Of a stretch of 64,000 bases of DNA, positions 10,502 to 20,700 are shown one piece after another. The translations under genes were made by a program, and so were the position numbers. The first letter of the stretch is position 1; the number at the start of each line of letters is the position of its first letter. The notes beneath the pieces are model-generated. The model did no database searches, was not told where the DNA came from, and saw only the letters and a program-made list of their open reading frames with translations. This DNA comes from Nitrospiraceae bacterium (GTDB lineage: Bacteria > Nitrospirota > Thermodesulfovibrionia > UBA6902): the NCBI GenBank assembly GCA_020356065.1, contig CP070632.1, positions 58,665 to 122,664 of the forward strand. The letters run 5' to 3'.

Positions 10502-11083
10502 ATGAGAAATGATTTGAGGGAAAAAGGATTTACGCTGGTTGAACTGGCGATAGTAATGGTCATTATCGGTCTTCTGATCGGTGCGGTGCTTAAAGGTCAG
10601 GCCATGATCGATGATGCAAAGGGAAAAAGACTGCTCAATGACATGCAAGGCATCAGCGCTGCAATGTATACATATCTTGACAGGTATTCGGCAGTCCCGG
10701 GTGATGACACATCAAATCATGGATGGACAGGTGTTGCTACCGGTAGTGGGGATGGCTTAATAACTGGTGACAATAGCACGGATGCGACAGAAGCCCACGA
10801 TGCCTGGCAGGCATTGAGATATGCTGGACTTCTGACTGGAGATCCTGCAGATACGGGCGCGTCACACCTTCCAAAAAATCCTTTTGGTGGTTCCTACGAA
10901 CTGGGATCAATGAGTTTTGGGAGCGGGATAGGCACAAAGAATTATGTCAGAGCTATGGGTGTAACCGGTACACTTGCAGAACTGTTCGACATTAAACATG
11001 ATGATGGCGTATATAATTCAGGATCAGTCCAGGCGAGTGCTGCATTTACATCTGCTACTGTTGATCTGTCTTACGCTAATTAA
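10502..11083 (+). CDS. Type IV pilin / pseudopilin-like protein with prepilin N-terminal methylation motif
   Basis: 'KGFTLVELAIVMVIIGLLIGAV' is a class III signal: G-1, F+1, E+5. Confidence 0.7.
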   Translation: MRNDLREKGFTLVELAIVMVIIGLLIGAVLKGQAMIDDAKGKRLLNDMQGISAAMYTYLDRYSAVPGDDTSNHGWTGVATGSGDGLITGDNSTDATEAHDAWQALRYAGLLTGDPADTGASHLPKNPFGGSYELGSMSFGSGIGTKNYVRAMGVTGTLAELFDIKHDDGVYNSGSVQASAAFTSATVDLSYAN

Positions 11084-11134
11084 CAGAAACTGGCAAGTAT
11101 CTGAGCTTCAGCATATTGCTTTTGGACAATATTT

Positions 11135-11166
11135 GAAAAAGGGGTGAAACATCGCCCCTTTTTCAT
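11135..11166 (+). terminator. Rho-independent terminator. Stem GAAAAAGGGG/CCCCTTTTTC, loop TGAAACATCG.
   Basis: Perfect 10-bp stem followed by a T-run, immediately after the pilin-like gene. Confidence 0.55.
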
Positions 11167-11378
11167 TGTTAAATATCAGGGGCAGAAGTTTGCGATATTC
11201 ACTGATAACATTGACAGGACTTATAGGGGCTCTTTTACTCATTATTACTTACTATCTTCTCTGGATTGATCCTCAAACAGAACTTGAGGATGTTATAATC
11301 AGGACGAGGATGGCGATTATCACATCAATGGTGGGAAGTATACTGAGTGTATATTATATGTTTATGAAGAACAGGTAA
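11166..11378 (+). CDS. Small 2-TM membrane protein (70 aa), hypothetical
   Basis: Two hydrophobic helices. Positioned between two prepilin-type genes. The start codon abuts the terminator, so the real start is uncertain. Confidence 0.3.
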   Translation: MLNIRGRSLRYSLITLTGLIGALLLIITYYLLWIDPQTELEDVIIRTRMAIITSMVGSILSVYYMFMKNR

Positions 11379-11384
11379 AACTTT

Positions 11385-12653
11385 ATGACGAAAATATGGT
11401 ATAAAAACCATGGATCAAGCGGTTTTACCCTGATTGAACTTGCAATAGTCCTTGTCATTGTCGGTCTTCTTATCGGTATGGGGTCAGGACTTGTGGGAAC
11501 ACTTACAAAAAGAGCAAAACTCTACGAGAACAGAAATATCATTGATGCTGCTGTAGAATCATTAATTAGCTATTCCGCTTCCAATAATGAGCTTCCAGAT
11601 ATTTCAACCTTTCCCACGGTGGTCAGAAATCCTAATGATGTATGGAAGAAACAGTTATATTATATAGCTGATGATGATCTTCTCGACACCACTGCCGGAG
11701 GAATATGCGACAGAAGAACGACACAGCTGAAACTGGCAAACTGCCCTGATACTGCCTGCGGGACCCCGACCAATACAATTGATAATGTCGCATTTATCAT
11801 CCTCAGCGGCAGTGCCAATTTCAATAATCAGACCGGTATACCTGCTACGAATCCTGTAACATCAGCTACAACGGTGAATCATTACAGTCAGGGTTTGACG
11901 CTTGATGATTACACTACAGACATGAACAGAGCAGAGCCCTATGACGATATTGTCAGATGGATCACCCTCGATGAATTGAGAATAAAGGCGGGATGTAAAG
12001 GTGCGCCGCTCAATATAGTCAACAATGAGCTGCCTTACGGGTATCAGGATAGCACATATAACGCGACCATCTTTGCAAATGGAGGGGTGCCTTACACGAG
12101 CGGAGGCGGTAAGTACCGTTGGTGCAGACAGGAGAGCGCTTCTACAGGACTGACGTTTACGCCTGATGTTTCAAGTCTTGATTGCCTTGCACTTGCTGAG
12201 GCATCATGGAACCCCCAAGCGGATAGCACGCTCATATCAGGCACTGCTGGTGCGACCGGCAGTTTCCGTATTACATTTTTTGTCAGGGATGACAATGACT
12301 CTGGAGTCCTTGCTCCTGATGACAATATTGCACAAAAGACATTTGTTATCACAGTCAATCCCGCTCCCACCGCTTCAGGTGGGTGTGCTGATTACCGCGT
12401 GTGGAATGCGACAGGCAGTACCTTTGACTTTGATGTTGATGGAACATGCAAAACGCTTGCTAATGGTCTGGAAATCACAACTCCGCAGATGCTGAACGCA
12501 GGAGAAGACATTGAGCGCAGGGCTTCAACTGATGGCGGTTGTACCGGTCAGAACAGAAAACTTTCATATAACGAAGCAGTTGCTGCTGATTTTGATGGTG
12601 ACTGTTGCGTGAATTCACTGGGTGAAACAGGCACGGACAGGGCCTGTCCATAA
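11385..12653 (+). CDS. Large prepilin-type N-terminal cleavage/methylation domain protein (422 aa) with Cys-rich C-terminal region
   Basis: 'SGFTLIELAIVLVIVGLLIG' prepilin motif. A long secreted-like domain with multiple Cys pairs. Confidence 0.6.
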   Translation: MTKIWYKNHGSSGFTLIELAIVLVIVGLLIGMGSGLVGTLTKRAKLYENRNIIDAAVESLISYSASNNELPDISTFPTVVRNPNDVWKKQLYYIADDDLLDTTAGGICDRRTTQLKLANCPDTACGTPTNTIDNVAFIILSGSANFNNQTGIPATNPVTSATTVNHYSQGLTLDDYTTDMNRAEPYDDIVRWITLDELRIKAGCKGAPLNIVNNELPYGYQDSTYNATIFANGGVPYTSGGGKYRWCRQESASTGLTFTPDVSSLDCLALAEASWNPQADSTLISGTAGATGSFRITFFVRDDNDSGVLAPDDNIAQKTFVITVNPAPTASGGCADYRVWNATGSTFDFDVDGTCKTLANGLEITTPQMLNAGEDIERRASTDGGCTGQNRKLSYNEAVAADFDGDCCVNSLGETGTDRACP

Positions 12654-12657
12654 TATC

Positions 12658-12670
12658 GAGGTTCAACCTC
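12658..12670. terminator. Short palindrome GAGGTT-C-AACCTC between two convergent genes
   Basis: Lies between the stop at 12653 (+) and the stop at 12676 (-). The stem is weak and there is no clear U-run. Confidence 0.25.
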
Positions 12671-12675
12671 CATAA

Positions 12676-14781
12676 TTAAACCAGCCCGAATATTATATTC
12701 CTCTCTTCAGTATCAACGCTCTCTACACGTACCGTAAGTTTATTGCCGATGCTGAACATTCTCTTTTTACGTCTTCCTATTAAACGGTAGTTTTTTTCAT
12801 CAAACCGGTAGTAATCATCACTCATGGATGATACATTCAGATATCCTTCGATAAAGAAATCCGTCAGCTTTATTTTCAATCCATGAGAAGTGACATTTGT
12901 GACGATACCGGTATATTCATCGCCTACCTTGTCTTTCATAAACCATACCCTCATGGCATTAACAATTTCCCTTTCAGCCTCTTCAGCTGTACGCTCTGTT
13001 CTTGATGAATGGACGGCAAGATCAGGAAGGAGTTTGGAGAACGCCTGTTTCTTCCTGTCAGACAACTGTTTTTTGCCCAGAATGCTCCGCAGCATCCGAT
13101 GGACAATAAGATCCGGGTATCGTCGTATGGGAGAGGTAAAATGCGTATAGCATGTCGAGGCTAGACCGAAATGTCCGATATTCTCAGTCGAGTACCTTGC
13201 CTGCTTCAGTGAGCGCAGCAGCAGGATATTAATGATGGACTCTTCTTCTCTGCCTTTTGTTTTTTTCAGGACAGAATGGAACGTCTTTTTATGTGCCTTC
13301 TTAATATGTATGCCGAACGCTGCCAGAACCGGTTTAAGCTCATCAATTTTGGTCGTATCAGGCTCTTCGTGCACTCTGTATACTGAAGGAATGCCTGCTT
13401 CTTCGAGATATGATGCAACTGCTTCATTGGCCGCTATCATGAACTCTTCGACCATCATATGCGCGAGGTTCCTCTCACTCTGTATGACCGCCTCGGGTCT
13501 GCCCTGCATATCAAGAAGGATCTCGGGCTCGGGCAGGTCAAAATCAAGACTCCCTCTGCTGATCCTCTTTCTTCTCAGGAGGGCACAGAGTTTTTCCATT
13601 GTCTCAAAGCTGTTGATCAGATATGAATATCTTGATCTTACATCACTATCATTGTCGACCAGTATTTTTTTTACCGACGTGTATGTCATCCTCTCGTTGC
13701 TGTGGATTATGCTCGGGTAAAAATCAGAATCAATAATCTGAGCGTTATTATCAAAATGCATCTCAACAGTAAAAGTGGGTCTGTCCTGCTTCGGAACAAG
13801 ACTGCACAGATCGTTTGACAGTTTTTCAGGCAGCATGGGGATGACACTTCCCGGGAAATAAACACTTGTGCCCCTTCTTCTTGCTTCTAAGTCAATTTCT
13901 GATTCCCATGGAACATAATGGCTGACGTCAGCAATATGCACATACAATATGAATCCTTTGTCATTCCTTTCAATTGAAATGGCATCATCAAAATCCTTTG
14001 CTGTCTCTCCGTCAATAGTAACAGTAAACATGCTGCGGCAGTCCTTCCTGTTGCGAAGGCTGATCTTTGAAGAGAGGTCCTTGACTGCCGAAAGAACGGA
14101 TGCCGGGAATTTACGGGGAAGAGAGTATTCCTCTATGATCATATCGGTTTCAAGGGAGGGCTCTGTCACATCAGTCAATACCTTGAGAACCTTACCCTCG
14201 GGCGGTCTGTTCATGGTGGGGTAGGATATTATCTCCACGGACACTTTACTCCCATGTGCCGCCCCTTTCCGATTCTTCGGGTTTATAACGATGCCAAAGG
14301 GGATGTTCCTGCTTTTGGGTGTTACATAAAATAAATTATCTTCACGGTGGAAGGTCCCGATGATCTTTTTCTTTCCCCGTTCGAGAATTTTAATAATGCT
14401 TGCTTCTCTTCTCTCGATACTTTCCAGACGGGCAACGACCCTGTCACCTGACATAGCTGCCATTGTTTTTCTCGGAGGAATAAAAAGGTCCCGTTCACCT
14501 GATGTTTCAGGGATAACAAATCCATAGCCGTCCCTGTGTGCCTCAAAAAGTCCTGTAACTAGGTTCATCTCCCTGACAAGCCCGTAAAAACCTTTTTTGG
14601 TCCTGAATATCTCCCCTGATTTTATCAGTACGTAAAGAACTCGCCTCAACGTACGTGAGCCCTTTCTCTGTATACCGAGGGCCCGGGCTATCTCCTTGAA
14701 GTTAACAGGCCTTGATGTCTTTGTCCTGAGAAATGTTAAAACAGAATCTTTAAGATGTATGTCTTTTCGGATCATGGTCAT
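12676..14781 (-). CDS. rnr: Ribonuclease R (HTH-OB-RNB-S1)
   Basis: RNB catalytic domain, C-terminal S1 domain, N-terminal winged helix. 701 aa. Confidence 0.9.
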   Translation of the reverse strand: MTMIRKDIHLKDSVLTFLRTKTSRPVNFKEIARALGIQRKGSRTLRRVLYVLIKSGEIFRTKKGFYGLVREMNLVTGLFEAHRDGYGFVIPETSGERDLFIPPRKTMAAMSGDRVVARLESIERREASIIKILERGKKKIIGTFHREDNLFYVTPKSRNIPFGIVINPKNRKGAAHGSKVSVEIISYPTMNRPPEGKVLKVLTDVTEPSLETDMIIEEYSLPRKFPASVLSAVKDLSSKISLRNRKDCRSMFTVTIDGETAKDFDDAISIERNDKGFILYVHIADVSHYVPWESEIDLEARRRGTSVYFPGSVIPMLPEKLSNDLCSLVPKQDRPTFTVEMHFDNNAQIIDSDFYPSIIHSNERMTYTSVKKILVDNDSDVRSRYSYLINSFETMEKLCALLRRKRISRGSLDFDLPEPEILLDMQGRPEAVIQSERNLAHMMVEEFMIAANEAVASYLEEAGIPSVYRVHEEPDTTKIDELKPVLAAFGIHIKKAHKKTFHSVLKKTKGREEESIINILLLRSLKQARYSTENIGHFGLASTCYTHFTSPIRRYPDLIVHRMLRSILGKKQLSDRKKQAFSKLLPDLAVHSSRTERTAEEAEREIVNAMRVWFMKDKVGDEYTGIVTNVTSHGLKIKLTDFFIEGYLNVSSMSDDYYRFDEKNYRLIGRRKKRMFSIGNKLTVRVESVDTEERNIIFGLV

Positions 14782-15021
14782 ATGAGGGGCCGGGGAGACG
14801 AGGATTCAAATGAGTTACAAAAACTTTCATTCTGAATTTGTTTCAGGATCTCTCTTTGTTGTAACACGCAGTAAAAACGAGATTCCGAAACAAGTCCGGA
14901 ATGATAGAATATGCATTTTCTGTATTCTGAAACAGCCTGTTCAGTGGTTTGAGGGATCAGGCGATAAACAAGGTCTTTCACACTTGACTCCTCGAACCTG
15001 GAATCCCTTGCTTTTTTAATT

Positions 15022-16572
15022 TCATTTTGTCTTTTTCCATAGGACCCACTTAATTATTTCCTGAACCATCGCCTCTATGGTGGCTTCCTCTGGCATTACT
15101 GAAACTTTCAGTCCTGCCTTTTCAACCGCCTTTGCAGTAACCGGACCGATGACCGCTATCATAACATCTTTCAGCATCCTGGCTGAGTCTTCACCTGTCA
15201 TCTCAAGGAAATTATTAAAAGTGGCGGCACTGGTAAACGTGGCTATGGAGATCTTGCCTTCTTTTAAAAACCGCTGTAATCTCTTGCCGTGCACCTCAGG
15301 CTTGATGGTCCTGTATACCGGCGGAACATCGATCATACCACCAAGCTCACGGACCTTTTCAGGGAAGACTTCACGTGCAACTTCCGCCCGTGGTAAGAGT
15401 ATTTTAAGTCCGTCAAGTTTCTTATCTGTTGTCTGTTGACTGCCGTGTGCTGTCTTGACAAATGCCTCAATCAGGCCTTCCGCATTAAACTCTTTCGGGA
15501 CCAGATCGACCTTGATCCCGAATGCTCTGATAGCTGAAGCGGTTTTGGATCCGACGGCGCAGATGTTAATACCTTTTAAATCTCTTATATCTCTGTCCTT
15601 CTCAAACAGTCTCTGGAAGAAGAATTTCACTGCATTGCCACTGGTAAGAGTTATCCAGTCATAAGATTCAATCCTGTCGATGGATTTGTCAAGTTCTGAC
15701 CAGTCTTCAGCAGGGACTATCTTAATGGTGGAAAATTCGATGACCTCGGCCCCCATCTCCTCCAGTGGTTCGAAGCCATGGGTATGCTCCCGTGTAACCA
15801 GTACTCTCTGTCCGAACAATGGTTTTTTCTCGATCCAACTTAATGTGTCTCTGAGTTTAACCACATCTCCTACAACCATCACGGCAGGAGGCTTAATGTC
15901 CCGTTCTTTAACAATCTCTGATATATTGCTCAGTTTGCCAACAAGGGTTGTCTGGTCAGCCCGTGTTCCCCAGCGCACAACAGCAACAGGGGTTTCTGCA
16001 CTTCTGCCGTTTTCGATCAGCTTTTTGCATACTTCAGCAATGTTTTTTACCGTCATGAGAAATACGATCGTACCCACCCCGGTTGCAAGACGTGTCCAGT
16101 CTATGAAGTTGTCTTTCTTGGTAACATCTTCATATCCCGGAACAACCGCAAGCGAGGAAGAGTATTTTCTGTGGGTAAGGGGAATTCCCGCATACGCCGG
16201 TGCTGCGATAGATGAACTGATGCCGGGAACAATCTCAAAATCTATTCCTTCACTGGCAAGAACCTCTGCTTCTTCACCGCCCCGTCCAAATACAAAGGGG
16301 TCTCCTCCTTTTAATCGGCAGATCATCTTTCCCTGGTTTGCTTTTTCGACAAGAGTCTGGTTTATCTGGTCCTGAGTCATTGCATGCTGGCCGCCCCGCT
16401 TTCCTGCATAGATAAACTCTGCTTCATGGTCTATATAGTTTAATATCTGTGCATTGAGATGAAAATCATAGACCACAACTTCAGCAGTTTTAAGACACTT
16501 TAAGCCCTTTACCGTGAGGAGACCTATATCTCCAGGTCCTGCGCCTACTATATAAACTTTACCTTTTGACAT
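15022..16572 (-). CDS. cobA-hemD: Uroporphyrinogen-III C-methyltransferase / uroporphyrinogen-III synthase fusion (CobA/HemD)
   Basis: N-terminal 'VYIVGAGPGDIGLLT' SUMT domain plus a C-terminal HemD-like domain. 516 aa. Confidence 0.85.
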   Translation of the reverse strand: MSKGKVYIVGAGPGDIGLLTVKGLKCLKTAEVVVYDFHLNAQILNYIDHEAEFIYAGKRGGQHAMTQDQINQTLVEKANQGKMICRLKGGDPFVFGRGGEEAEVLASEGIDFEIVPGISSSIAAPAYAGIPLTHRKYSSSLAVVPGYEDVTKKDNFIDWTRLATGVGTIVFLMTVKNIAEVCKKLIENGRSAETPVAVVRWGTRADQTTLVGKLSNISEIVKERDIKPPAVMVVGDVVKLRDTLSWIEKKPLFGQRVLVTREHTHGFEPLEEMGAEVIEFSTIKIVPAEDWSELDKSIDRIESYDWITLTSGNAVKFFFQRLFEKDRDIRDLKGINICAVGSKTASAIRAFGIKVDLVPKEFNAEGLIEAFVKTAHGSQQTTDKKLDGLKILLPRAEVAREVFPEKVRELGGMIDVPPVYRTIKPEVHGKRLQRFLKEGKISIATFTSAATFNNFLEMTGEDSARMLKDVMIAVIGPVTAKAVEKAGLKVSVMPEEATIEAMVQEIIKWVLWKKTK

Positions 16573-16903
16573 ATGAATGATGGAGTGTCCTTTTCTGATC
16601 CGGGATAACCATGTAATAATACCACAATTATATTTTGTTCGTAACTATATTCACAGGCAAATGGTACCTGCACAGGAAGAAAGTAATAAGGGCACACAGG
16701 CACAAAGTTGTAACAGCAAAACATGACAAATGATTTCAAGCCTCTGTTTGCTTTGTCCCTTTGCAACGTTGTGCCTGATTGTTTACTGTCGTTCGGATAG
16801 AAACGAATTCGTACTAGTAGAAAGGTTATTAGATTAAATAAGCTGTGGGGACGAACGGCTGTTCGCCCCTGACATGAGTATATGTAAATTGCGAATGAAT
16901 CTC

Positions 16904-17188
16904 TTACAGGCTTCTGTTGACCATCTCACGCAGTTCTTTTCCTACCTTGAAGTAAGGTACCTTTTTGGGAGGAACATCAACTGCTTCTCCTGTTTTCGGG
17001 TTCCTGGCTTTCCTGGCATTTCTGCTGCGAAGCCTGAAATTGCCAAATCCCCTTATCTCAACTTTGCCGCCCTTAGCAAGAGACTCTTTTATGCTTTCAA
17101 AAATCGTTTCAACGATAACCTCGGTCTGCTTTTTTGAAAGCCCGTCCACCTTTTCAGATATTTTTTCGATCAACTCAGACTTTGTCAT
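16904..17188 (-). CDS. ihfB: Integration host factor β / HU-family DNA-binding protein
   Basis: 'GFGNFRLRSRNARKARNPKTGE' IHF/HU arm. It lies downstream of rpsA, as in the E. coli cmk-rpsA-ihfB arrangement. Confidence 0.7.
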   Translation of the reverse strand: MTKSELIEKISEKVDGLSKKQTEVIVETIFESIKESLAKGGKVEIRGFGNFRLRSRNARKARNPKTGEAVDVPPKKVPYFKVGKELREMVNRSL

Positions 17189-17262
17189 ACCTTCCTCCTG
17201 CTGTATTTAATATATATGCCAACGTTTATGTAATATCCCTTTAAATTAAAATATACCATACA

Positions 17263-18111
17263 TTATAAAGTAAATAAATATTTAAGTGAAACTCCTGAAA
17301 AAGTATCTCCCATGAATTTAACGGGAATCTGGTTCCTGAGTATCTCTAGGAGACTGAATTTTTCCTTCTTACGGACAACCTCAGGCTCACCCTTGATCCC
17401 TGACAGTTTTCCCGCCAGGGCGATTGCATCTTCAAGGCTGCCCAGTTCGTCAACAAGTCCGGCTTTCATTGCCATGCGTCCGGTAAATATTCTTCCATCC
17501 GCAATTTTTCTGGTTTCCTCCACATCCATTCCCCTGCCGTCTGAGACGGCCTGGATAAACTGATCATGCACATCATCGAGCACTGTCTGGAGTATTTCTT
17601 TTTCCTCAGGCTTCAGGGACTTGAAGACAGAGGCAAGGTCCTTATGCTTTCCGCTTTTTATTACCTGTGCCTCTATACCTATTTTTTCCATCAGTCCTTT
17701 GACATTGGGGATTTCCATAATAACACCGATAGATCCGGTCAATGTTCCGGCGTTTGCCACTATCCTGTCAGCTGGCGCCGAGATATAATATCCACCTGAT
17801 GCGGCAACAGATCCCATAGATACAACGACTTTTTTCTTTTCTCTTGCCTTGAGCACTTCTTTATAAATCTCCTGGGAGGGAGCGACTGCTCCGCCCGGAC
17901 TGTCTACCCTTAACACAATTGCCTTTATGGAATTGTCCTTGGTATGGGTCTTGAGTTCTTCAACCGCTCCCGAAGAATCCAGAATGACGCCTGTAACGTT
18001 AATCAGTGCGACTTTTTCTCCGGGAACGACTTTTTTTGAAAAAGTCACAATAAAGCTGAGAATGGCAGTAATAATAAAAATGATTGCAAAAAAGATGAGA
18101 ACCTTTTTCAA
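17263..18111 (-). CDS. sppA: Signal peptide peptidase SppA (36K type)
   Basis: N-terminal transmembrane helix and a ClpP/crotonase-fold S49 peptidase domain. Confidence 0.75.
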   Translation of the reverse strand: MKKVLIFFAIIFIITAILSFIVTFSKKVVPGEKVALINVTGVILDSSGAVEELKTHTKDNSIKAIVLRVDSPGGAVAPSQEIYKEVLKAREKKKVVVSMGSVAASGGYYISAPADRIVANAGTLTGSIGVIMEIPNVKGLMEKIGIEAQVIKSGKHKDLASVFKSLKPEEKEILQTVLDDVHDQFIQAVSDGRGMDVEETRKIADGRIFTGRMAMKAGLVDELGSLEDAIALAGKLSGIKGEPEVVRKKEKFSLLEILRNQIPVKFMGDTFSGVSLKYLFTL

Positions 18112-18170
18112 CTTTTAAACCTCAATCATGTACAAGAGTTACGATATCTATAATTATGAATGACCGGGCA

Positions 18171-19748
18171 CTAACCGATCATGGTCTTTAATGTGAGGTC
18201 TATCTTTCTTTCCTCTGTGTTGAGATTAATCACTCTTGCCGTGATCTCATCACCGATCGCGAAAAGCTCTTCGATTTTTTCATCAGGCTTTTTTTCGATC
18301 TCTGAAATATGGATCAGTCCCTCCGCACCTTCCTCAAGTTCAACAAAGATCCCAAAATCGGCGATACTCACGACTCTTCCAGTGACACTGTCCCCTAGAA
18401 TATATTTTTCAGGAATCTCACTGATCCAGGGGTCTGTCGTAAGCTCCTTGAGTCCTACAGAAATTCTTTCCTTTTCAGGTTCGATATTAAGCACGACAAC
18501 CTCTACGTCCTGTCCCTTGGTTAACACATCGGAAGGATGGCGGATCCGTTTTACCCAGGACATATCTGAAATATGCAGGAGGGCGTCAACGCCTTCATCC
18601 AAAGCTATAAATGCCCCAAACTCGGCAAAGCTTTTTACTTTCCCTTTTATCCGCTGCCCAACTTCATAGGTGTCTTTTACCGCTTCCCATGGGTTTGGTT
18701 TCAGCTGCTTTATGCTCAGAGAAATCCTCTTTTCAGATTTACTGACTTTCAATACCGCTGCTTCCACTTTATCTCCAATGGAAAAAAACTTGGATGGTTT
18801 AATGGATTTTTCAACCCAATCGAGTTCACTTACATGGATAAGTCCTTCAACACCCTCTTCGAGCTCGATGAAGATGCCATAGTCAGTGATGGTGATGATT
18901 TTTCCCAGCACTTTCTGCCCCGGCGGATATTTCTCTTCAGCGGTGGCCCATGGATCGTCTTTTTTCTGTTTATACCCGAGCGTGACCTTTTCATTTTCCT
19001 TATCATAGGTTAATACAATGACTTCAACAGTGTCACCGATGCTGAACAATTCCCCGGGATGGCTGATCCGCCCCCAGGACATATCAGATATATGTAAAAG
19101 GCCGTCTATACCGCCCAGATCGATAAAAGCTCCATAATCGGTCAGGTTCTTAACAACCCCTTTTACCGTAATTCCTTCTTTAAGCGTGGTCAGTGTCTGT
19201 TCCCTGAGTTTGTTGCGTTCTTCCTCAAGAATGACGCGTCGTGAAACTATGACATTTGCTCCTCTATGGTTCAGGTTTAACACCCTGAATGTAAATGTCT
19301 GGCCGATCAGACTATCCGTGTTTTTCGGTGCTTTAAGGTCTATCTGCGATCCCGGCAGGAAAGCACTGATGCCCCCTATATCGACAGTCATTCCCCCTTT
19401 TACCTTGCCGGTTATTTTGCCATCAACAGGTTTGTTTGCATGAAAGGCATCATCGAGCATATCCCATGTCTTGGCCCCCTCAGCTTTCTGCCGGGACAGT
19501 TTTACAAAACCATCGGAGTCACTGAGATTAACAACAAAAACTTCAACTTCATCGCCGGGGGTCAACTTTGCGAGTTCATTTTCGGTGAGCTCGTGCAAAG
19601 GAACAAAGCCTTCACATTTTGATCCCACGTCAACAATCACACCATCGGACTTGACCTGTATTACCTTTCCTGTGGTTATTGCACCAGTCTTCAGTCCTTT
19701 GAATGTGTCGGCGTACAATTTTTCAAGGTTATCCATTTGTATTTCCAT
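18171..19748 (-). CDS. rpsA: 30S ribosomal protein S1
   Basis: Multiple tandem S1 domains. 525 aa. Confidence 0.9.
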   Translation of the reverse strand: MEIQMDNLEKLYADTFKGLKTGAITTGKVIQVKSDGVIVDVGSKCEGFVPLHELTENELAKLTPGDEVEVFVVNLSDSDGFVKLSRQKAEGAKTWDMLDDAFHANKPVDGKITGKVKGGMTVDIGGISAFLPGSQIDLKAPKNTDSLIGQTFTFRVLNLNHRGANVIVSRRVILEEERNKLREQTLTTLKEGITVKGVVKNLTDYGAFIDLGGIDGLLHISDMSWGRISHPGELFSIGDTVEVIVLTYDKENEKVTLGYKQKKDDPWATAEEKYPPGQKVLGKIITITDYGIFIELEEGVEGLIHVSELDWVEKSIKPSKFFSIGDKVEAAVLKVSKSEKRISLSIKQLKPNPWEAVKDTYEVGQRIKGKVKSFAEFGAFIALDEGVDALLHISDMSWVKRIRHPSDVLTKGQDVEVVVLNIEPEKERISVGLKELTTDPWISEIPEKYILGDSVTGRVVSIADFGIFVELEEGAEGLIHISEIEKKPDEKIEELFAIGDEITARVINLNTEERKIDLTLKTMIG

Positions 19749-19938
19749 AATTATAAATTATATTACCTCCTGAAAGAAATTTTCTTTTATTTTTCATGTC
19801 AGTAATCATTGACAATGACAACATTACAGCATTTCGACGGCAAATCACAAGTTCATTGTTACGTAATTGCTGTCATCAGGCTGAATAATGCATGTAACAT
19901 TATACTTTATTTCCCATGATAAATCATAAGTAATATTA

Positions 19939-19989
19939 TAGTGATATCTTGAACATAGTGATATCTTGAACATAGTGATATCTTGAACC
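19939..19989. repeat. Perfect tandem repeat, 3 copies of the 17-bp unit 'ATAGTGATATCTTGAAC', upstream of rpsA
   Basis: Seen directly: 19939-19955, 19956-19972 and 19973-19989. The unit contains a GATATC palindrome. Confidence 0.9.
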
Positions 19990-20031
19990 GGCATTTTTTT
20001 ACATAATGTCATGCATAATGATATCCCGGTT

Positions 20032-20682
20032 TTACCGAAGTTGCTTATGCTCAAAATCTCTTTTTAACTCTCCAATGGCATGCATGATCGTGCTTCCGAT
20101 TGGGTGGTCCTGCTTTTTACCGGTATCGGACTCAGTTTCAGTTATTGCATTATAATATATGGGCTTTCCAAATACTACCGATATGTCGGCCCTCTTGATC
20201 CACTTTGCATGAAAGGGCAGGGCTTTGTTCGATCCGTGGAGATATGTGGGAATGATAGCAGCTTTGCTCAGTCTAGCGATGACGTCAACTCCCCGCCTTG
20301 CTTCCTGAAGCTCTCCTGTTTCACTTCTCTTCCCTTCAGGAAAAAGTACGATAAGCTCTCCCTTCTTTAACCGGGTTACAGCATCTTTAATGGACGACGG
20401 TCTGGGATTTTCCCTGTCAACAGGAAAGGCGGCCCGGCTTATCATCCATCCCAGCACAGGGGCATCAAACAGCCCTTTTCTGGCCATAAAGGTTGCTATC
20501 CTGGGCAGTACCGCTCCGACAAGGGGCGGATCCAGGTAACTGATATGGTTACAGGCAACAATGACTCCGCCTTTTTCCGGTATGTTTTCCCTGCCATATA
20601 CCGTGAGCGTTCCGCTTATTCTCAGTATGATCTTTATTGTCAGCTGGACTAGCCGGTAAAGCACATTATATACGAAATCCAT
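20032..20682 (-). CDS. plsC: 1-acyl-sn-glycerol-3-phosphate acyltransferase
   Basis: 'NHISYLD' HxxxxD acyltransferase motif and an 'FPEGKRS' block. Confidence 0.75.
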   Translation of the reverse strand: MDFVYNVLYRLVQLTIKIILRISGTLTVYGRENIPEKGGVIVACNHISYLDPPLVGAVLPRIATFMARKGLFDAPVLGWMISRAAFPVDRENPRPSSIKDAVTRLKKGELIVLFPEGKRSETGELQEARRGVDVIARLSKAAIIPTYLHGSNKALPFHAKWIKRADISVVFGKPIYYNAITETESDTGKKQDHPIGSTIMHAIGELKRDFEHKQLR

Positions 20683-20700
20683 GTAATTACCTTCAGTACA

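Noticed and set aside
19939-19989. Possible CRISPR array
   Set aside because: Only three 17-bp direct repeats, with no spacers in between. No cas genes anywhere in the window.
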